47,839 bases of DNA, from positions 53,755,472-53,803,310 of the forward strand of contig NC_068994.1 in NCBI RefSeq assembly GCF_001194135.2. The letters run 5' to 3'. Numbering within the stretch: position 1 is the first letter of the stretch; every line of letters starts with the position of its first letter. This document shows positions 1-11,500 of the stretch, one piece after another. This DNA comes from Octopus bimaculoides. Taxonomy: Eukaryota. Below the pieces are notes generated by a model, which had not been told where the DNA came from, did no database searches, and was given only the letters and a program-made list of their open reading frames with translations. The position numbers and the translations under genes are program-made.

Positions 1-300
1 CAACCTTTGCATACACATTTGCTCACGCCAACAACACCGTTGCAACTTTTTTTCACACAGACCCTTTATCTCTAGGTCGCGACAACACGTATTCTCTCAG
101 CTCGATACCGACATGTGGTCGAAGCTTCCTTGGTATTCTAGCGGCAAGCCTGTTCACCCAGGAACGAAACGGCTCTACACCAACCTAGAATAAATCATTG
201 ATCTGTCATTACCGTTATCCCTCGTGTTGTTGTATTTCTGAATTTTAATGATTAATATAAGAACTGGGGAGAGACGGCCGAGCCGTCATATCTCATCCAA
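1..300. promoter_or_regulatory. CpG-enriched unique sequence; possible promoter/first-exon region of the R3HCC1 homologue
   Basis: Higher CpG density than the surroundings, GTCGCGAC palindrome near 77-84, and position upstream of the first identifiable exon. TSS not determinable. Confidence 0.3.
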
Positions 301-3189
301 TTCTTATAACATCTACTAAAAAAAAAAAAAACATTCCATCATTGACCATCCAGCGATTATTTTTTTACATGCATCTTGTATGTAAGAAATCACCTTTGAA
401 AATACAGCAGTGAGTGATTGGACTGCTATTTCTGTGACTTTAAGTATCCACCTCGGTAGCCTCGTATTGCCCTATGTGTGAAGAGTTTAGTTAAATTTAG
501 TTACCAAATTTTGCTGTTTGTTGCTGCCTTAGCTTCTAAGTGTTGGAATGAAGACTTGTAATTAACTGAAATACATAGATTGCTTTATAATATAGTTATT
601 ACAGGTATCTCAAATTCATACCAGTTTTCTCTCTCTCTTTGTCTATCTCTTCCTCCCTCTCTCTCTTTCTCTCTCTCTGTCTCTCTCTCTCTCTGTATGT
701 GTGTTTTCGCACTTACGTTTCTGTAGTTGTTTTAAAAAATTAATCACACATGTACTTCGCTAATCGAAGTGTTGTTTAGCCTCTGGTCAGACCTAGTCGA
801 ACAAAGCTCTGATCAAAAGCGTTTCAACTTGATCATACCGTCTTTATTTAGTTATTTTTTGGCTGATAATCTTGGTATTCATTAAGCAATGTTCATTCCC
901 GTGTTTCTGATTTGAGAGGTTTGGTTCTAATTTCTAGCATGGAGAGGCCCTTCGCCGTCTCGTTTTTTAAAATTGGTTGCTTGGTTAGGACAATTGCAAC
1001 AGTTTTCTTTTCATTTTTTTCTTCTGTCAGAATGTTTTAAGATCCTGACAAAAAGAAAATTACATTATGGGAAAGAATTGCTGTTAGAAGAAAGAGGGTC
1101 TGACAAGAAACTAACGATTGCTAGAGGAGAAGACCCAGTCTTCGTTGATGCGACGACACTGCTAAATATTGAGGTATGCGCGTGTGATCTCACGTTTGAC
1201 ATCTCAATCATTTTGTGTTAGTAAATAATGAAGTAACGAGCTAAATATTAAAAAATAGAATGGTAGAAAACTATTTTTATTCTATTTTACAAGATCTGGG
1301 TGGAATTGGGAATTAACAAATATTATTGCCAGGATTATGACACGAGAAAATTCAATCTTCGGTGAAACAACGGTGTTTTAACAAAGCTGATCTTATTTCA
1401 GTGCAAAACACCCCCCAAAGTCGCAGGGGTGGGAGATGCATGACCCTCTAAAATTTAGTCTAAATGAATCAATTCACCAGATTGGTACAAAGTTATTTCT
1501 TCGACTGTTGAGGAATGAAGGACGAAATATAAAAAAAGCCCATTTGTGTCAAACTCGGTTAATAGAGAAGAAAGAAATTTCTATAAGGCATATGTTTCTT
1601 CTGGGCAATGATCTCTCCTACCATTTCTGCTGCTACTCACACCAATTCAACTCCAATATTTAACACATTTGTGTACAAGGTCATTTGAATTGACGCTGGT
1701 TTCATTATCACATCATTAATTACCCATTGAAGTAGTTGGTTATTATTTCAATGTACCTTCGCTGTTTATTTTTACAACACGAGTTTAGTTATTTATTTAC
1801 ATTTGGTTGGGGTGGGGTAGCAGGTAATTAACTTCTATGTTTTCTGTCTTTTATTTTGTTATTTGTTATCTGGTTTTTCTTGTCTATTCGTTTAATTATA
1901 GAATTTCAATCTGTTACACCATTCTTTCTAACAACGTGTGTACACTAATTAATTACTCTCACTGTTCATGGTGTCTCTCTAGCATTGTGTTCTAGGCTCT
2001 CTCTCTCACTCACACTCTCATTTACTCTCGCCCTTTTTCTCTCCCTCACTTTCTCTTTCACATTTGCTCTCTTTCTCTTCTTCCATTTCTCTCGCCCCAC
2101 CCTTCTCTTGTTCGCTCAACTTTCTCTTTCTCTCTCTTTCTCCTATTTGTTCTCTCTCTCTTTCTACTCTTTACTCCTTTTTCTTCTATTCTGTTTTTCT
2201 TCTCTCTCTCAAACGTACAATTGTGCATACATATAGGTCTATACACATGATTAACTGACATATATAAACAAATAGAATTTATTTTAATGATAACTTTAAA
2301 TTCATACAAGCAGTTAAAACTGGGAGAAAAAAATAGTGCTGTGTGGAACATTTAATCCACCTTTTGAAGTCTTTAGACATTACTATTTACAACGCAGATC
2401 GTCACTAATTTCCTTTCATATCTATCTATCTATCATGTGTGTGTGTTAATTTGGTCGAATCAGTCCCTTCCCACAGGTGAGACTCAGAGTAGACCGACTC
2501 GACCAAAATTAAATCTATTATTAATTTCTGCTATGGCATTGAATATTCTTTTTTTTCCGACAGTTAACACTAAACGGATACATACATACATACATGATGC
2601 GTGTGTGTGTGTGTGTGTGCAGTTACCCGCCTGGTCGAGTAGACCAAGGTATTGGCGTATCTGTTCATGCATCGCGAATACAAATTCAATGCAGGTATGC
2701 TGTAACGTTTCTGGGATTAGAATTTTAAAAAATAAGAAAAACGTATTATTCTATTTAATCCTAATCCACTTAGGCAAGAATAGATAGATACCAAGTCTCT
2801 GAATGTTCACTTTGATAGTCTGGCATCCTATCCAGGATGTAATTATTCCTTTGCTCTGCTTCCAGCGACGAAACTTGAACTTAAAACTTAAATTCCAGTT
2901 CATTTACGCATTTAACGTTTACACACACAAGCATATGCACAGTTCTGTGTGTGTGTGTGTGATGTCTGGTTTTTACAGAACAGTTTTGTTTATCTTGATT
3001 TCATATCGATTGAATTTAATCAAATGAAATTTTAACGCATCATCTTTGCAATTAGAAAAAGGAGGGAAATTCTACACGCACATATACACGTGCAAATATA
3101 CATACACCAACATTGTGTGTGTATGTACATGTGTCTGTGTGCGTGTATGTATATACGTGTGTTTACATGTGCTTATATGCATATACGCG

Positions 3190-3279
3190 TATGTGTGTGT
3201 GTGTGTTAAGTGTCAGTATGTATGTGTGTGTGTGTGTTAAGTGTCAGTATGTATGCGTGTGTGTGTGTTAAGTATCAGT
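3190..3279. repeat. 31-bp tandem minisatellite (about 3 copies)
   Basis: ttaagtgtcagtatgtatg(tg)n recurs at about 3206, 3237 and 3268. Confidence 0.8.
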
Positions 3280-5929
3280 TTACATGTCAGTCAATATCGA
3301 TTTTTTTTTAAAGATCTCAATAATTCATACATAATACTTCTTATTATTTTTTATTTTTTGGCTGTGTGTTCGTCGTGTGGTGCGCGAATCAAGGTAGAAT
3401 CCTATGAATGAGAGTATGCACGCATATTTGTGCGTATGTATTGATATGTCGTCTGGTTTATTGATTATTTCCGGGATGCATGGTGTTGAGTGTTTGTCTT
3501 TTAATTACCTTTCAACAAATCTATATTGCACAACGAAAGTAGAGGTGCATTTGTTATCTTATTCGTGTTTAATTGTTCTCGAGAAACTGTGACGATGTTG
3601 TTGACCAAAGTGGAAGGCGTGGACTCCTCTTTAATTAAAATCCAGTCACCGTTCCATACAACCTCGTCGATATCGTAATCATTAATTTTCGTCACCATCG
3701 CAATTATTATCCAAGAAATCTTTTCAAAGAATATCTGTATGGTTAGTCTCGCTAGTATAAGGTTTATTGTCGTTATTTATATCTTTTTACTATGCTGTGA
3801 CATGGTATTTTGACGTAGTCAAATTTTAAAATGGACTAGGAGATCTATAAAAAAAAATCTGTATGGATTATCATGGTTGTTTATAGTCATATTAAATACA
3901 ACAGTTATCTTTAATTTTTTTTATTCCAAAGTTAACTGTGACTGCCGTTTTTACGCAGTCAAATTTAAAATGGATCAACAAAGTCTATAACTGTCTCACA
4001 CGCATACGCGCGTACACACACACACACACACTCAAGAGAGAGGCCCGATTTTTGTTAAATATACTGAAGAAGATTATTAAATTCTACGAGCACATCCTGC
4101 CCTTATGGTTCTCATATTGTTCGCTGTTTTACATATGAAAGGTAGATGATCAGAAACAAATTTGGTACTTGGTGCAGTTTGTTTCCTGAATTCCAGTCAT
4201 AGGTTTTAAACTTTGTCTGTGGAAATGAAACAGGAGTAATAGTGTATTGAATATCTACCAATCTATATATTTAAAGAATACAACTCATAGAAAATGCTGA
4301 ACCTGAGTTTCTAGACAGACTCAGTCTCATTTATTGAGTAATGAATCAAGTGAACAACTAAAAACAGTTTTGTATGTTCACCCTCTCCACCACCATTTAT
4401 TGTCAAAGTAGTCAGGTGCAAATTGCAGTTTTGCTGTTGACAGTTTAGAACGAACTGGTACAAGGAGATATTCAGACTTAGTTTCATTTGAAAACGACCC
4501 ACCAGATTCCCACCTCATATATGAAGTGGTTAATACAAATTTCTGAAACAACCTAATCAGGTGAGTTTAATTATGTTACTGACCATGCCAAGTTTGAGAA
4601 GCATTCTCTCTGGTCAATAGCTCCAGTCTGTGTCAATAGCTTTTGTCTAATTTAACAAACACTACACAAAGGTACTTGCTGTGTTTGCTGGCTTATTTTT
4701 TAAAATCATTTTAATTAAAAAAAAAAAAGAAAACAGGCATGGTCTGGTGATCATATTCACAATGCCATGCACTAACCTAAAGCTTGTTGAGTCGATAGAT
4801 TCCATGAAGTGAATATTGATTTGTTCCCAAATGATATCAGTCTAGTTCTTATCAAAAATAGTAGAGAAAAGAGGAATACTCCAGACATGTCCTCCTACTG
4901 AGGTGCCCTTGAACTCTTGTGGCACAAAGTTAATGACTATTGATTTTTTTTTTTTTCTATACATGGCTTCATCAGAATATGAAGGTAAGCACTGTCTGTG
5001 ACCTTTTTCGCAGCACCTTCAAGAATGGTGGAAGAAAAAGAAAAAACATAACGCCAAGTCTTGAGAAGGAAATTGAGTTAAGTGGTAAATGTTGCAAAAA
5101 CCCTTCTGATGGACTCTACCTGTTGCTGGGTAGTAGACTTAATCCATTGCCTGGTTTAGCATCACAATCTGGCCTTTAGGTGCTGAGTCAATTCTACTGC
5201 AAGCAGTAAGATCAGGTTTCAAGTTCAAGGATAGATATGTTAATGTTTGGATTCTCACTGACCTGTGTACACCCCACGAATTATTATCTGCTTGGCAGAC
5301 ATCGTCACCCATCTGCAGATAATATTTATTTGCGGATTTCCATAAACAAAAGACTGTGCTCTTGTTAAATTCATCAGTCCAATGGAATAACTTTGATTGA
5401 AGAGATATACAACAAAGTGGAAATGCTGTGGTGTCTCACAATTTCCTTACTCTGGTGAATTGTGTTTGTTATGATCATTCATCAGCTAAAGGAAGGTGGT
5501 GTTCTCTGATGATGAAAAACAACAACAATCAGATATTCACGTTCAAATCTGCCCAGATGTATTAACAATAAATGGTTATGTTATTGTTTGAACTCTTACT
5601 GTTCTGCATGTACCTCGTGAATTATTAACAATATTCAGTCATACTAGTTTCAAAAGGCAATTATTTGGGAAACATTTAAGTCTTAGTTTTGTAATTGGGT
5701 CTTAACTAAATCAGAAATGTTTTTTCTGCCTCTGTCTCTTATCTCCCATTTTTAGTCTATGTTTTAGTTTAGGGGTGTCAAACTCATTTGGTTTTGTGGG
5801 CTGGGTTGTTGCATAAACTAGATCTCTCAGGCCTGTTGGGATAATTATTCATGGAAAAATAGATATTAAAATGATGATGATGATCTGTGTGTGTATGTAT
5901 TTATCTATCTATCTGTTTGTCTCTTGCAG

Positions 5930-6042
5930 TACAGCCTGGCTATTTACGTAGACAACCGTTATCTTTCTGAGTCTGATAGTAAGTTTGTATCCCTTGTGAT
6001 TGAGGAGCTTACCAACTATGCCACAAATGCAGTGAAAGAGAG
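5930..6042 (+). CDS. R3HCC1: R3HCC1/R3HCC1L homologue, first identifiable coding exon (CDS probably starts at CTG 5936)
   Basis: Acceptor ctcttgcag|5930 and donor GAG|gtaaga at 6043. Reads YSLAIYVDNRYLSESDSKFVSLVIEELTNYATNAVKE(R), resembling the recalled human N-terminus [26 protein letters not shown]. Phase 2 joins in frame to 9688. Absent from the ORF track. Confidence 0.8.
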
Positions 6043-7015
6043 GTAAGACAAGCTACAATTGTCTATATTTGTTGTTCTTCTTCTTGAGCCACCTGTCAAC
6101 CCTGGTTCAGCAGACTAGACATCAGAACTGTTCCTTCTGTAACCATCCTGTCATTTTCTTTTTCCTACAGTATATAGAGATCTCCATTAATCAATATGCC
6201 CTTCCTTTTTTAAAATTGCTAGGTGTCTGATTCTAGGGAGATATAGTTTCTATTTGTAGCAGAACTGAACTATGCAGTGTCTTTCTTTCCTTCCAAGTGG
6301 AAGTAAGGCGGTGAGCAAAAGGTTTTGTGGTATTTCTTCCAGCTCTTTGTGTTGTTAGTTCTAATTCCATTGAGATCAACTCAAAACTTTCCAGAGGCAG
6401 GGTTTATATATGTAGGGCTGTAAGTCTTTGGGTCATACCTAATCATTTGACAGATTGCCTACATACTATAGTCTGCTTGATCAGAGCTGATTTGGGGTCA
6501 CACACTTTGTGGTACCCTTTAAAATATTAGTGGAATTGATTAGATTGTTAAATATCTTGATTATGGAAGCTGTAGCCATGGACACAAACCACTGACCTGT
6601 AAGTCTCCAGGATATTTGATAGCTCAACAGAAGGGCCATGCTACATTTCACTCTGTACAACTAGATTCCAGACTAGCTAATGTTGTCAAAGTCATCAACT
6701 AGCCCTCCCCTACCAAATTTCAGGCCTTGTGCCTATAATAGAAAGGATTATTATTATTTTCCTTCTTTCAGTTTTGTTTCTATTTGTTGCTGAGTGTCTT
6801 CCCAAAATACCTGGGGCAAAGAAACTCACTGTATACATTGGTAAGCCATTAAAATAAACATACCAGAGTGTTCATTTACAAAATCAAGTTATGTGATGGA
6901 AGCGAAAGGAAAAAAAGAAAGGAAAATAGAAAATTATTATTGTTATTATTATTATTATGGAGATGTACTTGCATAGCAAGTGACCTGATCTGAGACTGTG
7001 TGCTGAAACAAAAAC

Positions 7016-7262
7016 AATTGCAGCGTGAAAGGTGTTTATATGCCATTTAAGAAACACACAAAAACCGATTCACTTCAACATTTAAATTTAATTTGTCAAA
7101 ATATTTTCTTCACTTTAAAACCGCGACCTGTTCACTGACAAAATTTGTGCTGCATTTCAAAGTAACGAAAATATTTTGACAGATTAAATTTAAATGTTGA
7201 AGTGAATCTAACAGTTTTTGTGTGTTTCTAAATGGTTTATAAACACCTTCCATGCTACAATT
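7016..7262. repeat. Fold-back inverted repeat (about 100-bp arms), MITE-like
   Basis: Arms 7016-7116 and 7159-7262; perfect 26-bp core 7067-7092 vs 7183-7208. Confidence 0.85.
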
Positions 7263-8281
7263 ATTATTATTATGTATCATTTTATTTGAAAACCAGAATG
7301 GTCAGTTTTGTAAAGGTAGGCATTTACTTAATCGAATCTACCTTAGTATTTAATTACTAGCATTTACTCTTTTGAACATCGTGATAGAAAGCAACATCAA
7401 AAACCGTGGCAGGATTTGAGCTAAGAATAGAAAACCTTAAAGCAGACACCCTAAAGCCTCTCCACAATCTGAACCTAATTTATTCTTCTCTGTCCACTAA
7501 TATTCACAGATCAAAGCAAAATATTGATTTCTTTTTGAGATACACAGCTAATATTTGTAGGAACAAAAGTATTGTCTACTGAATAGATTCCAGTATATTT
7601 ATTTACTAATTAATAGTATTTATATTAATCCCTCATTCCCGGCGGAGCAATAATGTAAAATGTAACGGAAAAATAGAAAGAGCAAAATCAGTCCCTGAGG
7701 AATATGAACTTATATGAGAATATATAGAACTGGATATTGTAATATATGTTGTTTAGTCTAATAGTCTGCCGTCTTTATGTCTGTACGACTCCACTGTCTT
7801 TGGAGTTTAGCATGATATTGATTTGATTTCTCACATTGGCTCAAAGCCACAAATGTTGTTTAGTGTCAGATTAGCCAAGGTGCCACACAATGCAATAGAA
7901 CCCTAAACCCCAGAGTTACTTAGTGAACTTCCTTGCCATTCAGCCATACCTGCACTTCAAATGTAGATCTTTATTTCTGACTCTGACACAAGATAACAAG
8001 TTTATGGGGAAAGGCTTGGTTCCATTGACCCAGTGTATGGCTGGTCCTTTCTGTTTCTTTTCATCTTATCGACCTTGTGTAAGATGAAAGGCAGTATTTA
8101 CACTGGTGAGATTTGAATGGAGAACATAAAGTGACGCAATGAAATGCTGTAATGATTCTACCAATCTATCATCATCATCATNNNNNNNNNNNNNNNNNNN
8201 NNNNNNNNNNNNNNNNNNNNNNNNNNNNNNNNNNNNNNNNNNNNNNNNNNNNNNNNNNNNNNNNNNNNNNNNNNNNNNNNN

Positions 8282-8550
8282 ATATGTATATGTATGTATA
8301 TGTATGTATATGTATGTGTATGTATATATATGTATATATATCTATTCGTGTATATATATGTGTATGTATATATATGTATATATATCTATTCGTATATATA
8401 TATGTGTATATATATGTTTATATATGTGTGTATATATATATGTGTGTGTGTGTATACGTGTATATATATGTGTGTGTGTGCATACATGTGTGTATATATA
8501 TGTGTTTGTGTATGTGTGTGTGTATATATTTATATATATATATATATAAC
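8282..8550. repeat. Compound (TA)n/(TG)n microsatellite
   Basis: Directly visible. Similar tracts at about 25050-25485, 36920-37270, 38580-39790, 43180-43760, 44420-44730 and 47745-47839, many abutting N-gaps. Confidence 0.95.
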
Positions 8551-9687
8551 TTTGATAATAATAATAATAATAGAGGTAGATATGAAAGTATACAGATTTA
8601 GATTTTGATATAAACAATATACTAATGCTAATATATACAGTTCTGAATGTTTATTATATATATATATATATTATTAAAATATTTATGTAAACACAGATAT
8701 GTACATGTATATCTGCTATGTATTTAGATATAGCAAACTTGATAATTAATTTCTCCATCTTTAAACACTGACTTCTGTGTAATGAAGTAGTGGTATGTAA
8801 TATTTTTCTGGGCTCTCACACACACTCTCCAGCTAACTGGACATCTCCCAATTAGCTTTTCCTCTATCAGTTTTAGTTGTGTTTTATTGATTGTTGGCCT
8901 ATTAAACAACTGAGATCATTATCTTTCTTATTCAATGTATTAATCTTGCATACGTACTGATGCATGCCTGCTTATTTATACTCATGTTTATGTGAGCACA
9001 CAATTGCATGCTTACACATATCTCTGTTGAATAACCTTCTTGTTCTTTTATGGATGTTCCCTCCAGCTAGTAACATGCAGTTGTTATCGAACTAAAAACA
9101 TTGACCATTCTAAACTTGCCAGGCTGTTCATATTTTCAAAAAATCTGTCTGTCCATTCATTGACCCTCAAGAGCTGAGCAAACAACTTTTTTTTTATGTG
9201 TGTGTGTGTTTATTCTCTGTTTGGCAAAACCCCCAAACGTTACACTTTTCATTCCAGCCAGCAATTGAATTTAGCATCATTCTACAAGTTCTGCTTTTTA
9301 TTAACCCTTGCTGTTATAGATCCTCATTGATTTCTTTGGATTTGTATTTCACCCTGTTCCTCTACTGGTTTCCATCAACTGTACTGTAGTTACGATGGGG
9401 TACCACCCTGAAGGGTGTAGTCTATGTAAATAACAGCCATTACTTGTAGGTTGACATCAGCGTAGGGATTTGAACATGCAAAAAGCATAAAGGTTCATTA
9501 AGGAAGGTAATGTGTGTGTGTTTGGCAGGGGTGAGTGAATGTCTCTAGGGGCCTGAGATGAGAGTGGGAGATGAATTAAACCGACATTAAATGATGATGA
9601 TGATGCTATATATATATGTAGTACCTTTTATAGTAATGAAATGAAACCCTATTAACACACTAGTAATTCATTTTTTTCTGCTTGCAG

Positions 9688-9834
9688 GGTCCTTTTGTTC
9701 CCTCCATTCAACAGTTATTATCGCCTGTTAATACACAAAACTGTCGAAGCTGATTTTGACCAGCTCCACAGTTTCTCAATTGGCTCCGATAACCAACGTC
9801 GTACTGTTGTTTGTCGTTCAGACGCCATGCTGCA
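9688..9834 (+). CDS. R3HCC1: R3HCC1 homologue exon encoding the R3H domain core
   Basis: Acceptor tttttttctgcttgcag, donor CA|gtaagt. Reads VLLFPPFNSYYRLLIHKTVEADFDQLHSFSIGSDNQRRTVVCRSDAML, with R-x3-H (RLLIH), closely matching recalled human [41 protein letters not shown]. Confidence 0.92.
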
Positions 9835-10447
9835 GTAAGTCATTCAATTTCTTCTTTATTTCTTTACATATTCACTAATGTTTTACCGTTTCTTGCTGAA
9901 ATTCACCAACTCCACTCCTGACATGTCTCTGCACCCTTTACTCTTTACGACTCTTTTTACTATTCATTCCTCTGAATTTTTGTGTTTTATTCTTTGTACT
10001 CTGCATGTACTTTTTGGCTTTCATTGCTGCCTTTCTGTACTTAACTTATATGTCTGCTTTCTGTCCCCCTTTTTTTTTTACCCCTTTCTGACAAATTGAA
10101 GTGCATCTGAACTCTGTGTACAATAAGCTCATTATGTTTTATACATACACATATACATGCAATCAAACATACATGCATAAACACACATGCCTATATATAT
10201 ATGTGTGTGTGTGTGTGTGTATTTGAATTACAATGTAAAACCTACAGCTTGCTGGTCACTGCAGCTGTTTTAGCCAACTGAACCACTGTGGTCAGACCTC
10301 CAAGTCTAAAGAGTGGGATCAGATTGTGTGGACTGAGGCAGGAAGAAAAAGCCCTGCAGTGTCAGGGATCAGTTTGCGTGACCAACTAAGGACATGCTGC
10401 TCTTCCTCATCATCTTCAGACACAAAGAAACTGCCATTATTATCTAA

Positions 10448-10494
<47 letters not shown>

Positions 10495-10580
10495 AAGACA
10501 GGATGGTCATGGCTGGAATGCCTTTTGACATAGGTCTGCTTAATCAGAGTTAACCTGTGACTAAATAACCATTGAGCCAA

Positions 10581-10774
10581 TTAACCTTTTAGCATTCAGA
10601 TTATTCTGTCAGATGTAATGTTTATATATTCACATTGTTTTGAATTAAGCATGCATTGTCTCTTAGCTTTGAGATTTGAATGATGTGATTACTCATTTTT
10701 AGGTTGATATTATAGGGCAGGTGCGAGAGGCCTGATCTGGCCAGTTTGGGCTGGTATAAATGCTAAAGGGTTAA
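10581..10774. mobile_element. piggyBac-like MITE with TTAA flanks
   Basis: TTAA|CCTTTTAGCATT ... AATGCTAAAGGG|TTAA; the internal sequence is homologous to 25555-25760. Confidence 0.75.
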
Positions 10775-11008
10775 AGAGACTCAGCCGTGTTATTTGACCT
10801 ACTAGAAATAGCAAAAAAATTTCCTTAAACTACTCTCGGTCATCTTTAAAATCAGGAAGGTTACAGCTGAAAAATCTTTGATCATAGATCTGCAGCATCA
10901 GAACCGACTTGATGATATACAACAACCCAAACTGTACTTGAAATCTTTATTGAGTACAAAAAATGAAACATTACCAAATATTGATGTTTTTCTTATTCCT
11001 CAATCTAG

Positions 11009-11191
11009 GAATGGTATCAGTGAACCAATATCATCTGCAGGAAGTCGTCCCCTTAGGGGACGTGGTCGAGGTCGTTTAATACATCCAGTTAATAGCAGTT
11101 TGTTTAACAAGGAACCATTGCCAGTTGTCTTAAAGAACCAGAAAGATGATGAGAAAATCAAATACTGTTCAGACTCCACAAATACATCAAG
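11009..11191 (+). CDS. R3HCC1: R3HCC1 homologue exon with RGRGRGR box
   Basis: Acceptor tttttcttattcctcaatctag|, donor AG|gttaga, phase 2/2, 183 nt. Reads NGISEPISSAGSRPLRGRGRGRLIHP...STNTS(R); this is the 3' part of ORF 10878..11204. Confidence 0.8.
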
Positions 11192-11324
11192 GTTAGAATT
11201 TTAAACTTTTTCCTTATGTTTGGAGATTTCCTCCACAAATATTTTACTTTTAATTTTCTTGAGTCCATATAATTACATTGCCTTATACGTATAAACTATA
11301 TATATATATATATATAATTATGGC

Positions 11325-11500
11325 ACCCATGCTGGTGGCACGTAAAAGCACCTATCACACTCTGAAAATGGTTGGCACTAGGAAGGGCATCCAGCCATAG
11401 AAACCATGCCAGATCAGACTGGAATCTGGTGCAACCTTCCGGCTTACCAGCCCTGGTCGTCAAGCTGTCCAACCCATGCAAGCATGGACAACAGACACAA
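11325..11500 (+). mobile_element. SINE-like interspersed repeat (family D)
   Basis: tgctggtggcacgtaaaagcacc...ggaagggcatccagc...tgtccaacccatgc. Related copies at about 25965-26160(-), 42615-42765(+), 33900-34050(+), 28120-28230(+) and 31680-31790(-). Confidence 0.7.

Noticed and set aside
113-193. ATG-initiated 26-aa ORF (MWSKLPWYSSGKP...) as the R3HCC1 start
   Set aside because: The only phase-0 GT (cct|gttcac) is a poor donor and there is no recognisable similarity. It could at most be a uORF; unresolved without transcripts.
3730-3990. Degenerate about 140-bp tandem duplication (gtcaaattt(t)aaaatgga repeated)
   Set aside because: Low identity and AT-rich with no functional hallmark; likely old neutral intronic duplication.
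5771-5830. hAT-like terminus (aggggtgtcaaactc)
   Set aside because: No partner terminus or 8-bp TSD found, so too little support.
8139-8617. YIYI/CVCV/HTHT-type ORFs here and at about 25017-25484, 36603-37222, 38488-39710, 43073-43695 and 44391-44989
   Set aside because: Translations of dinucleotide microsatellites and N-gaps; no coding signal.
10239-10531. Open frames on both strands in the intron after the R3H exon (e.g. VSEDDEEEQH on -)
   Set aside because: No phase-compatible strong donor on +, no start or homology on -, and both run into a microsatellite.
10878-11008. 5' part of ORF 10878..11204
   Set aside because: It contains the polypyrimidine tract and AG of the phase-compatible acceptor at 11008, so it is intronic read-through of the frame.
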